A DNA stretch of 35,088 bases from Enoplolaimus lenunculus (taxonomy: Eukaryota), in contig JASANG010003338.1 in the NCBI GenBank assembly GCA_030248215.1, positions 434,001 through 469,088 on the forward strand, written 5' to 3'. The translations under genes and the position numbers were made by a program. The notes under the pieces are model-generated. The model was not told the DNA's origin. It saw only the letters and a program-made list of their open reading frames with translations, and did no database searches. Below are positions 1-10,491 of the stretch, in pieces. Within the stretch, counting starts at the first letter, position 1, and each line of letters begins with the position of its first letter.

Positions 1-108
1 ACAGTCTGCAATTTTTGCAGTGTCGATACCAGTACTCATGAAAAGTGACGATATTACCGATGACAATGAATAGGCAAATCTCTATATGAAATCAAGAAGT
101 TTACTTAC

Positions 109-3100
109 TTCACACGATATTTAGCAGACTGGCACTTCATAGCGCTTGATGGCAGAAAAGTTTCACTCTCCGAAGATTCATTATCATTTTCCTCACGAAC
201 ATCGTTATTATTTCTTGCGCTAATACCAGCTGTTCTTTCCTTCTCCAACATTACATTGGGATCCGCTCCACAGAATGTTCTGCGCTTCGAACATTCTTTC
301 TTACTGTCACAGCCGTCAGCCTTTTCACCACGAAATCGGACATCAGAAATCGTTAAACTGTGCCAAAAGTACGTTCCAAATATATGAACCTGTTCGCGAT
401 TTGGTAGCAGCTTGTTTTCAACGTGTCTATACTCGTCTGACGTTGACGGCAATTGGCAATGCAAATACCTAAATTGAAAATTCAATAGAAACAATGTTAC
501 TGGCATTTCGTTTCTGGGTTTGGGGTCCGAAACCCCACTTGAAAAATTCCCATGTTCGGCCCCCCAATCGGAAATCTCAATAGTTATATATACATTATAT
601 TAATAAAACCGCAAACACAAACAACATATGTTAGCATAGCCTCCAAGCTCCAAAATAGCTAATCAAAAATTTACAAAAAATTTCTAATTTTTAGCCCTAG
701 AATTTTCCTCCCCGCACTCTAGATTGGGATAGCGAAATGCAAAAGTTATCAACCAAATATTCACCATCCCATCAAAATAATTCAGTATTAAAATTTGCTA
801 TTCCAGACCATAACCGGAACCAAGAATTGGGTGCAACCAAAGGATATAATAACTATATACCAATAATGTAAAACTAATCCACTGTCAATATTTTAACGAC
901 CGCTATCCACTTTAAAATACAGTTTTAACAAACAGTCAAACAAAAGCCATACAAAATTTTGAAGTTGCACAACATGATTATGCACTTAAACTTACAAATC
1001 CAGGTTTGCAAAATTTTCACAATGTTTAGGAATTGGTGAACCGGGTTAGGAAGCTTGCTATGCAACTCACTTAAAATCGTTAAAAAGCTTTTGGCAAACA
1101 GGATGGGTTCACTTAACAATGCGCTAGTTGTTTTCAAACTAATAAAACATACTTCAGATAAAAGTCCAAGATGACATCATTCAAATATTCTCGCGGTTTC
1201 AGACACTCAAAATGAGTTTTGCACACAGTAACAGCACCAATAGCGCCGAACGGATAAGAGAACAGAATCCTAAAATAATCACGTCCTGTTTACAGAAACT
1301 ACAGCGCTTAGATAATTAACCACACTCCGTAACCGTTAAGTAAACCAGTCGTAGTAGAACTACATGTATTGAGATAAGCTCGGTCATACTTTTGAAATGA
1401 TTTAAAAAGTCCTAATTTAGGAACTAATTAAGCTTATGTAAAAATTTCCTATTAGCTAATTATGCAATCATCGGTTTTGTAGGTTTATAAACAATTTGTT
1501 AACCCTTTAGTACTGAATTTGATTGCTTGTAACCCTAATAATCAGTGAAATAATTTAAAAAAACCCAATGCAAAGTTAACATCCCAGGATAAAAAGCTTT
1601 CAAACAAAAAAAGTTTATCAAGATTCTTTTCGGACGGACGGACTGACGGACGAACATCCGCCTTTCGACCCACGGGCACAAAATATAAAAGCGCTTCGCG
1701 AAAATTATAGATATTCAATACATTTTGAAGTGTTCATAAACCAAACACGCTTTTAATGTAACACAATCATAGAAACATGCAAAGCCTGTAGCTTAAAACC
1801 AGGTTCGAACAATTGGATACAATTTTCATCATAGAATTACTGTTGTACATTTTAGAAAACATGCCAAAAAATGGTTAAGCGAATTTTGAGCTATTCCATC
1901 ATCAAGTTTTAAGAAAACATATCCGAAACAGGTTATTAATTTATTAACAAAATTAAACTAATTACAAAAACACTCATTTCGAAATAACAAATTTTCAAAC
2001 ACAAAGTTTAACCGTAAAAATTCCGGTTTCTGCATCTTTAAACACTGGAATAGGAATTGAATTTTGAGGAATTCCTGTCGGAGCAGGAATCGAATTTTTG
2101 CAGGAATTCCGTTAGAACCCTGCGTCTATTTCTAACAACATACAAACAGAATCAGCGTGCTTACGTGTCATCATTGTCTTTTAGTTTCTTCACTCTCGGC
2201 GTATATACACCATCATTTTCTTTCTTTAAATTTGATTTCGGCTCAATCGCTTCACTTTGCGAAGGATGAATGGTCGTCTGAGGTTTTCCAAGAGCGGATA
2301 AATACCCTGAACTTTTTGACCCAAGCTGACCTCGATTTTCAGAAATGCCTGACAGTGACTGTCGCAGAGGAGGTCGTGTTAATACCAGATTATTTGTTAC
2401 AGGCTGACCTTCAACATCTCCGATTAGCTTTTCTCGACAGTCCTTGGTAGATGAAAGCCCAGCTTCAGACCATGGAAGCTGTTTTGTGGCGTCCACTATT
2501 TTTTTAGCGTCTAGAACAGAAACACAATTTTGGTAACGCAATCTCGAATGACCGTAAAAACAAGATGCAGCCAAAAATCCGCTTCCGGTTCATCATTAAG
2601 CAAAAAGATGTCCCGCGACTCAGGTTCCAAAATTTGCTATAAACCTGCCAGATACCTTATACAAACGATCAACCGAACGCGAATAAGCATGACATTACAT
2701 TTTACTTTGGAATTTCTAGAAAACATATTTAGCTACAATTACCTTGAAAGCTCATTTTATCAACTGGAATATTTTGCTTGCGATTCCAAATTTGAACGCA
2801 ACGCTTTAGCTCAAGAAATTCTTGTTCGTTGGAGCTCTGCACAACAATATCAATGTGTTTCATCAGATCATCTGCAACAACATTACTGAAAAGCATATAG
2901 ATTAGTAAAAGCTCAACAAAAAATCACAGACAACGAAGGTGATCAGTTTTGCAATTAACCTAACCTATAAAGAGAAATGTTACTGTCACCGTTGCAAAAT
3001 ATAAATCATACACCACACAACAAGTGCTAAGAAGAGGTATAAACAGATGTGATTTCTTATTCAGTGATATATATAGAAATCTAGTTTTTTAACTTTTGTA

Positions 3101-6100
3101 AAATAACTTAGATTACTATCACAATTCACACGGCAAAAACAGCACATGACATCAATTACTTAAACTAAAATTCGTAATTACTGGAATGTTTAACTAAAAT
3201 AAACCAAGAGTATTTCCAAAATTCCTAATCACAGCAGACATGAATAAGTATGCTTATCAACGACTAAGAAAAGAATTCTAGGTGTAAGCAATAACTTGTG
3301 CAACACAACGATTTTTACTACATATCAGAGCATATTACACATTCCTTCTTGGGAAGGAAGTGTATAACGGACTTTCTCAGCTGACCTACTGACCTGCCTA
3401 GTGGGTCTGTAATAAATATATGATTTTAAACGACACATACCAGGAGATTCAGGATCAAACCACGGTTGCCCTGCAGCACAATAATCACGTGTCATGCCTA
3501 ACCTCTCCCGAAGTTGATATAGTCGCTGTTTGAAATCAGTTACTACTGCAATACGTAATAAGCATAACCATGATCTATGCGTCGATTTTATAAAGCACAC
3601 CTGTAAACGGTCCATAAAAACGCACGGAATTTCAATTGAGCGATTTGAATCATCTAAAATACACATTATACCTTAAACGCTTAAAATTACAATATAATAA
3701 TTCCGTCAAGCCCTATTCACACCTGCACAGTTGCAGCTGCGAGTATTTGCAAGAAAACATCGTTCTGATTTTGAATCTTTACAGTAATTTATATGAGTAA
3801 TGTGCAGACGATTGTAATAAATATCAAGCGTAAACTATTAATATTATCAAGTCAGCAAATGACGATGAATTATTTCGCAATGCAAAACAATTCATCTATA
3901 TGAATCAATTGTTAGCGTATATTCATCATGAATAACTTGCATTTGCTTTGCTGAGGAATCAAATTATTCGAGGTTCAAACATTTAACATTTATATACAAT
4001 TAAAAAAGTTTTAACTTCATACTGAAGAATCTCGTTATACCTGACAAATAACAGACCATCAATCTATCTGTGATAGCGACTCGGCCACCGGAAGAAACAC
4101 AAAACGTTCCGAAACGGCAAAACCAAAACTGCACGGACAAATCCTTTTCAGCATTGCCTTCTACAGCTGTATGGTTATCACAAGAAGCATCATGTGTTCT
4201 CTCCTTATTAATCGCCTAAAAATTTACAATTAAAAATTTTAAATACACACATGGGCAAAGCAAGGTTTTTTGATACAACGAGTGAGTCTGGATTCACAAT
4301 GTTCTCAGTACGCAAAAAAGTCAGTTGGACGCGCCGTGGACTCAGCACGCTAACATAAAATTATAAGCAACCGAACTAGCTACAGCTTAAGTTGAAATTT
4401 CTGATGTGCACTTATGTGTCCAAATCCATTGCAACCAACGCTGAGATTGAACTTATGAGGCATACCTAGGATTAGGCTCACATGAACTTGAAACTAAAAT
4501 GTTTCTGGCTATCAAACAATTTCATTGACATCGTAAACGTTTTCCTTAATCGCTGTAACGGCATTTTCAACTTCCTCGGCGTTAAAGCCATCAAAAGACT
4601 GCTTATCGTAAGTGAGTTCCGGATCACATGCGTTGTTCGTTTGACAGTCAATATGAACGTAGTTTCGGCTTTGTGCTCCGGGTCGAAAAGTGGATGTCCG
4701 TCTGTCCGTCCGAAAAAATCTTAGGAACCGCTGAACCGATTTTGTTAAAATTTGTGATACGGATGATACAAATTGCACGGATGCATAGACCTTGGAGCCG
4801 GACCAAAAATTCACCTGGACCAGGATGGACTCGGGTTCGATTTTGAAAAAATACCCAGAGCTAGAGTATAATCAAGATTTTTATTTATGGCAATCACTTG
4901 TGTGTATTTATCAATCTCGGTTCAATTTACCTTATAAAACGGCTGTAAAAATAAAGCAATTCTGCAGCGACTGTAAAAAAGGTTTCTTTAAGACTAGTAG
5001 AACCTATAAACAGGATAATGATGTTAAAATAAAACGAAGCGTTCTTCATTCGAATGATTGTTACAATACTCTGTATTTGAAAATATATGTGTTACTCTAC
5101 GGACTAGCGCTGCATACAAGACTAACAATGCCATACCTGTTCTTGATGTTGTTCAGCATGTACCAATTTCAATGCGACTTGACTGTTTTGATCACAATCG
5201 TTAAGAGTAATTATACTATCAGAACTATCTGGACGTTTAATACATTTCGTTTGAACTGGCTGACCTAGCTCCATCTCGTTGGAAGTTGTTAGTTGGGAGC
5301 GTTTAGCTAAAATTGCAACTAAAATTACCCAGTGAACCAATGCTCATTGATTAACATCAAAAAACAGTAATGACTTGTTATATAGTCAATAGTTGGAAGC
5401 TGTTTTAATAGGGATGAGCCGATTAATAGGCGTCTGTAATACCGGCACTTTTCGTGAGTATCGGCATCGGCCGGTGCTGCAAAAAATCCCGATTATTTGC
5501 CGATACTTTTTGCGCTTAGCTGTGAATTGTATTCGTTTAACATTCAAACCCAAACGTAGCACATAAAACCAAGGTGCAAAGCGGAACGGATGACACCGGA
5601 TTCGACATCACAATCTCGGAACAGCAAATTTATACCAGAATCGGAAGTACAAATTTTGTTAGCAAGTATAATATTGATTTAGGGTGTGTTGGCCGGCAAC
5701 AATTCTCGAAAACGTCGCACGAACAAATTGGCAATCATTTTTTGGTTATGATATGCTAAATTACAATCAATTATTGATTAGTTAACTCAATGAAAAATAT
5801 TAAATAGATAAATGATGCAAAATTTTTATGCAACATATCACGACAAGTAGGATTTAAATTAAAATATCGAAATTCCGATTCCGATTGATTGTGCAATCGG
5901 AACACGTTTTCAATCGAATTCTAATGCGAATTCCGGTTGCACCCTGAATACAACCCTTAAAGTATGTACTTCGCACAAAAAAATTTGAAGCGAAGGTTTC
6001 AACTGTGGCGGCCTGCGCAATAAGCAGCGAATCGTTACCATACCTAAGCAAGTAAACAAAAGAATAGGCACATAAATGTACGTGAAATAGCAGTTGCTTA

Positions 6101-9095
6101 CAATTAAGCACCAAGCATATTTTTCCTCGTTCCGTACATCGTTCACTTCCAGATGCCAAAAGATAACTACCCGGCCGCCTTGTAATATTGATATGTCCTA
6201 TCGTTCTGCAAAAATTGGGATCAGCACGATAATTACAATCATTCTAACCGAATTAATACAATGGATAATGGAGATAACATGTATTAAGCGCAGTTCGCAA
6301 CAACAAAACAAAAGTCTCCTAAGGTAAAATTTAAAAGCTAATCTTGTTTTAGCCTACCAAAATGACAGTCATCGTCACATAAAGACGAATTGAGCATATA
6401 TTTTGTTAGAGAAATCCATTAACAATGCAGTTTAAGTGAATATAAAGCCACATAATAAAATAATTTCAAAACGATGTAGCTTACTCATTAAAATGGTTGT
6501 AATCTGAACTCCTACCAACATGGGACGTTGTCCGAGGCAACAACTGCTGGCCAGAATCCCGTGATTCATTGATCTTAGGTTGTAGGCGTATCATTCCTGT
6601 ATTTCTAGTCAATGTACGCGCTCCAGCTGTATTTCCTGTCCGACCATAAGTTTTCTAAAATTGACGTAACAGTTTAGAATTGCATTATGCTCCGTGTATT
6701 GAACATCTAAACAAACAAAACTATCATTTGATATTTTATATTGAAAACAATAATTGATTGTAGTTAAGGTTTATAGAACCAAAAAATCGCCGCCAATTTG
6801 TTCGTGCGACGTTTTCGATCATACAAATTATCTGCATATCCACAAATTTTGTAGTTCCGATTCCAGTATAAATTCGCTGTTCCGAATTTAAAATAATTCG
6901 GAATCGGAACTGTAAATTTTAAAGTCCATTATATTTTACATACCAATGACTAGTATGCGCTAAATCAGTATATATAGTATGCGCCAAATCAGTATATATA
7001 ATATGTGTTAGACAGGGTGCGGTCCGATGTTAATTTCCGCATATAGAATTTAAATATGAGCACTGTATGATTACTGAATTAAAATTAATTTTTAGCATGC
7101 ATTTTTAATTATATTTCAATAAGCGAAAAATTTAACTGCTTTCTTTGCCCAGAAAGGTATTCGCAACACGAAGTTAAACATTATGGTATTCGGGACCCCC
7201 ACCATAAAAATCAGGTATCTGGATACCGGAACCGGATACGAATATAAATTTTTGCTGGATATTAGACCGAAAATAAAAACACTCACCACTACACTATTCT
7301 GTTTTGCAGAATGCGGTCCTCCTCTATCAAGCCAACGAATATCAGTGGCGGCCGAAGACCTAAAAATTGGATATTCGTGTGGATTGCCAAGTGCCATCAC
7401 ACTATGAGCAAACGCTGTAGACTTATCGTATCTCGTAGGTATATGTTTGTTACTTCGTAATGCTGAGTGTGACAAATGAGAAGCGCTATGATGTGATGTC
7501 GTTTGACCTGTGGAACACCCACCGCGAATACTGGAACGACTGTCGACAGCTTTAGAGTTACCTGAAACGAGGCATATATCTAGTTTCTTTGAAAGGTTGA
7601 TTATTTCGTTGGTTTCATCTGTAGCGTATGCCAGGATTAGACTGATATTAATTTTGACACCGGATCCGGATAGTAAATTTTTAGGAAGCACGAACTGGAT
7701 GTTAACCGCATTCATATAGCATCTAAACTTGCGTGATTTGTTTACTAATTTAAAATTAATTTTTAGCTTGGATTTTTTATTTTACTTCACTGCAAAAACT
7801 TAAGCTTCTTGATTTGTGGGGAAATACAGTCGCAACAAAATGTCTGTGACGCAGGGTTGCAACTGGAACTGTATTTCACATGAAACAGAAACAGGAATTG
7901 CGAATCTGGCACCGAATTACCGCTAACTGACCATAGGTCAAAATAAAATATGCTGTCCACCGACTGTTTAGCGTTTCACTAACTAGTTTTCCAAGCTCCA
8001 CAAAACATGCGTCAAATACTTTAAAATATGCTGAATTTGAAAACGAAAACAAGTTGTAAAAACAACTTGAGTTTCAGCGAACTGTTTGAGATGTAATTTT
8101 TTTATTTTTTCCTAAATTGCCTCAAAACCCAAAAAAATTTCGGTACTTGCGTTCACCGCCAACACAGAAACAGTATTTGAATTTTAGCAGGAGTTCTGGT
8201 TGAAGCCTGAAGAGACTATTCCAAAACTAAAAAAAATTTTATGTTATTCGGGACCACAACCACAAACTTCCAGTATCCGGTGTAGGCGTATACCGCATAC
8301 CGGAATCAGCTTCCATGTCGGGTTTCTACGGGACATTAAATTGGAACAGAATATCGTGTCAATTTCTGGTGAACACGTTTACGAGAAACGTACGTATATA
8401 CAGCTTGGCTGACTCATACACATTAAACCACAAGTCAGAACTCTTTCGTTTGATAAGCTTGAATTGAATACGTACTGCACAGTTTTCATTAAGAAGTTGA
8501 CGTGGCCAGTGCACATATAGCACTAGACAAAGTTATAATATCGGCCGTATGATGTAATGGGTAGCGCGCTTGACTCGCGAGAGAGGTCCGAGGTTCGATT
8601 CCCGGCGCGGCCATATCTTTCAGAGAAATTAAGGAGCAAAAAATGTATTTCGGAGAAAAGGGTGGTTCTTACCGTGCATTTATGACATGGAGGTCCCAAC
8701 AGCAGGCTCATGGGCTCGGGAGAAGTTTGGATTCGCGGTCCAGGACGACCACCAAAAGAAGGGGAATGTCGGTGTAAGTGGTCTAGCATGCGTATGCGCA
8801 CAAGAGTAGCGCGATTGCGAAAGGTCCGAGGTTCGATTCCTGATGTGACCATATCTTTTGCGGAAATTTAAGAGAAAAACACGTATATTCGCCGTACTTC
8901 GGAGAAGGGGTCCGTTCAATCGTGCAGTTCTGACAGTTCTCGCTTACTTGTAACACTCATGCGCTTTTGATCGGATGATAGCCGTTTGCAAGCAGGTTTT
9001 TGATCTCGTCTTTCAACTAAATTCAAATTTCGCAGAATACTGGTATGTGACGTGAGCGAATAATTTAAAGGATCTTCGTATTGTGATGTGTTCAT
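109..9095 (-). CDS. SENP6/SENP7-like (Ulp1/peptidase C48) SUMO-specific protease, spliced, 3'-partial (continues left of window)
   Basis: Manually spliced exons with GT-AG sites and matching phases: 9095-8948, 7618-7287, 6654-6485, 6205-6102, 5306-5137, 4215-4041, 3653-3441, 2871-2743, 2510-2165, 1269-1153, 468-109. The last two exons give ILFSYPFGAIGAVTVCKTHFECLKPREYLNDVILDFYLKYL...QVHIFGTYFWHSL...YRVK, matching the start of the SENP6/7 catalytic domain (LIVYP...CL.EGEFLNDVIIDFYLKYL...HIFSSFFY..L...RVK). The catalytic His/Asp/Cys lie outside the window. The start codon (9095) and the most 5' exons are less certain. Confidence 0.85.
1400..1703 (-). mobile_element. Non-autonomous Helitron/Helentron (DINE-1/HINE-like) fragment
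   Basis: Reverse-complement homolog of 12240-12916: GTCC microsatellite (forward cggacggacggactgacggacg) next to ...gataaactttttttgtttgaaag...tatcctg. Boundaries approximate. Confidence 0.5.
3709..3945 (+). repeat. Dispersed repeat / MITE fragment (family also at about 21795-22110 and 24440-24580)
   Basis: Shares gcagct..agtatttgcaa..aacatcgtt..attttgaatctttaca..atttatatgagtaat..gcaga..aatgacgatgaattat with 21850-21990. Its start (gccctattcacac.tgca) is the inverse of tgcacgtgtgaatagggc at 24561-24578, which is followed by TTAA. Confidence 0.6.
4665..4820 (+). mobile_element. Non-autonomous Helitron/Helentron-like fragment
   Basis: ggatgtccgtctgtccgtccgaaaaaatcttaggaaccgctgaaccgattttgttaaa is nearly identical to 12323-12380. 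Confidence 0.5.
5409..5524. mobile_element. Truncated MITE (TAGGGATG-GCCGAT terminal family)
   Basis: Begins tagggatgagccgattaat and is the inverse of the right part of the 16562-16961 element. A further degenerate end lies at 1-84. Confidence 0.6.
5570..5946. mobile_element. hAT-type MITE
   Basis: Ends caaggtgca.../...ccggttgcaccctg; flanks cataaaac / aatacaac (6/8 TSD match). An inverted partial copy lies at about 6793-6886. Confidence 0.55.
8509..8935 (+). mobile_element. tRNA-containing TRIM-like LTR element, family A (5'-truncated 5'LTR, PBS-Gln, PPT, 3'LTR)
   Basis: 5'LTR ends ...gcatttatgACA (8687); PBS TGGAGGTCCCAAC at 8688-8700 resembles the complement of the tRNA-Gln 3' end; 79-bp internal region; PPT aaaagaaggggaa at 8754-8766; 3'LTR TGTcgg...gttctgACA at 8767-8935. 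Both LTRs contain aggtccgaggttcgattcc (B box). Confidence 0.8.
8543..8613 (+). pseudogene. tRNA-like sequence embedded in the family A LTR (not a functional tRNA)
   Basis: GGCCGTATGATGTAATGGGTAGCGCG...GAGGTTCGATTCCCGGCGCGGCCA: acceptor-like GGCCG/CGGCC, degenerate A box, good B box; anticodon arm does not pair properly. Confidence 0.7.
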
Positions 9096-10491
9096 GAACA
9101 AATATTACGCATATATATTGACAAATAAAAAAGCTTAAATATAGGCGCTCAATAACCACAAAGATGAACCATGTGGCTTTGGCAGACGAATACTCTCAAT
9201 TTAAGCTTTTAAATCCAGCAGAATCACAACACATAATTTAGCATAAGACACTGCCGAAACAACGATGTTGCGAGCTTCAAACCAGACACGTGAATGTGAA
9301 TAAGTCAAATACTAAAATCTGGAAACTTAGGGAAAACAGCCATTGAAACAAGTTATTTTGATGGATTAGCAGCTCTCTTTTTGTTAACACGTCCGGTTAT
9401 GAAGTTCAAAATCTTTGCTAAACTATGAATAAACGGCTTCAATCTGTGTACTTCATATTGTTTACCAACACGAACATTCGTTACCGGGTTAACTAGCTAC
9501 GAAATTAAATGATTTTGCAGTCTGAGGTTAAAATTAGAATAAAAATCCTATCAATTATTACAATTTGTACACTGCTGTGTACTGATAAGCCACTTCGAAA
9601 CGCAAAAAATTGACATTTCTAGAGGTTAAATGTATGTAATGATTTACAGTAACTCCAATGCAGCCTAACTTTTAACATATATATTTCATCATCAAGTGCT
9701 GCTTTGAGGCTCACTGGCCACATAGCAACAAAAGGAACGACAAAACTAAATTATGATGCGAAAAATAGCTTTGAACGCTCGTTAATTTTCTGAATCACAT
9801 TATGCGGTTCGCTCAAGCCATATATTTTGTGTTTTTAAGATATAGAAAAAGCCAAAAATTGTCCAAAGAATGACTTCTGGTAACATTTTTGAACACAAAA
9901 TAACCTGCTGATGAACTAGTCCCAAGTTTAATGATCTGTACAAATATATATCTGCCAAATTCGCCCTACGTCTCTTACAAGCAGTTACAGCATCGCCTGG
10001 TTTATTAGCGCTTGTAGTAAACATTTCTGTTGTAGCTATTAGTTGGCTTGTTGAGCGGTGGTGCTTTCGTATGAAACTTTTTGAATTTTCCCGCGTCGCT
10101 TCGAATATATGTCGTGAATGTGTTGTGCTTGTGAATGTTCGAAATTTGTAACCACAGGTGGCTGCATTATGTGTGTTAAAAGTGCACGTACTGCGCAGAC
10201 ACCAACCAACCTTTTCCGATCAATCGTCCCGGACTGCTAATTCAAGATTTCTGGAAAAACTAGGCAAAGGTTATGGGAATCTCTCGGATGTCACTATCGT
10301 CATCTGCTGCCATTAGTTGAAATGATCAGGTTTAACATTTGAAATAGAAATTGTCAACAACCAGAATACGGGACTGAATAGTGCAAGATACTAGATTCCC
10401 TTATGAATCCTAAATCCCAGCTACACCCTAATTGTTGCTTATGCTGATTGGATAACGTTGAAACCCATTGCAGTCCTATTTATAATCCAAA
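9096..10491. promoter_or_regulatory. Probable bidirectional promoter / 5' UTR region between the divergent SENP-like and H2A.Z genes
   Basis: Head-to-head start codons about 1.4 kb apart; no recognisable repeats here, unlike the flanking introns; an acceptor-like cattgcAG at 10466-10473 precedes the H2A.Z ATG. No TSS evidence. Confidence 0.4.

Noticed and set aside
4512..4814. 100-aa minus-strand ORF as an extra SENP exon
   Set aside because: It overlaps a dispersed Helentron-like repeat and ends in a stop; the flanking exons (5137 and 4215) already join in phase.
6951..7000. Short tandem duplication tagtatgcgc(t/c)aaatcagtatata x2
   Set aside because: Simple two-copy slippage duplication with no further structure.
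8391..8522. Possible extra SENP exon
   Set aside because: Not needed: 8948 (phase 1) joins 7618 in frame; the candidate acceptor lies inside the family A LTR and the phases do not fit.
8543..8613. Functional tRNA gene or classical tRNA-derived SINE
   Set aside because: The anticodon arm does not pair, and homology between copies extends well 5' of the tRNA head to TG..CA boundaries with PBS, PPT and 5-bp TSDs. The same applies to the tRNA-like units at 10621-10697, 10966-11041, 11540-11590 and in family C.
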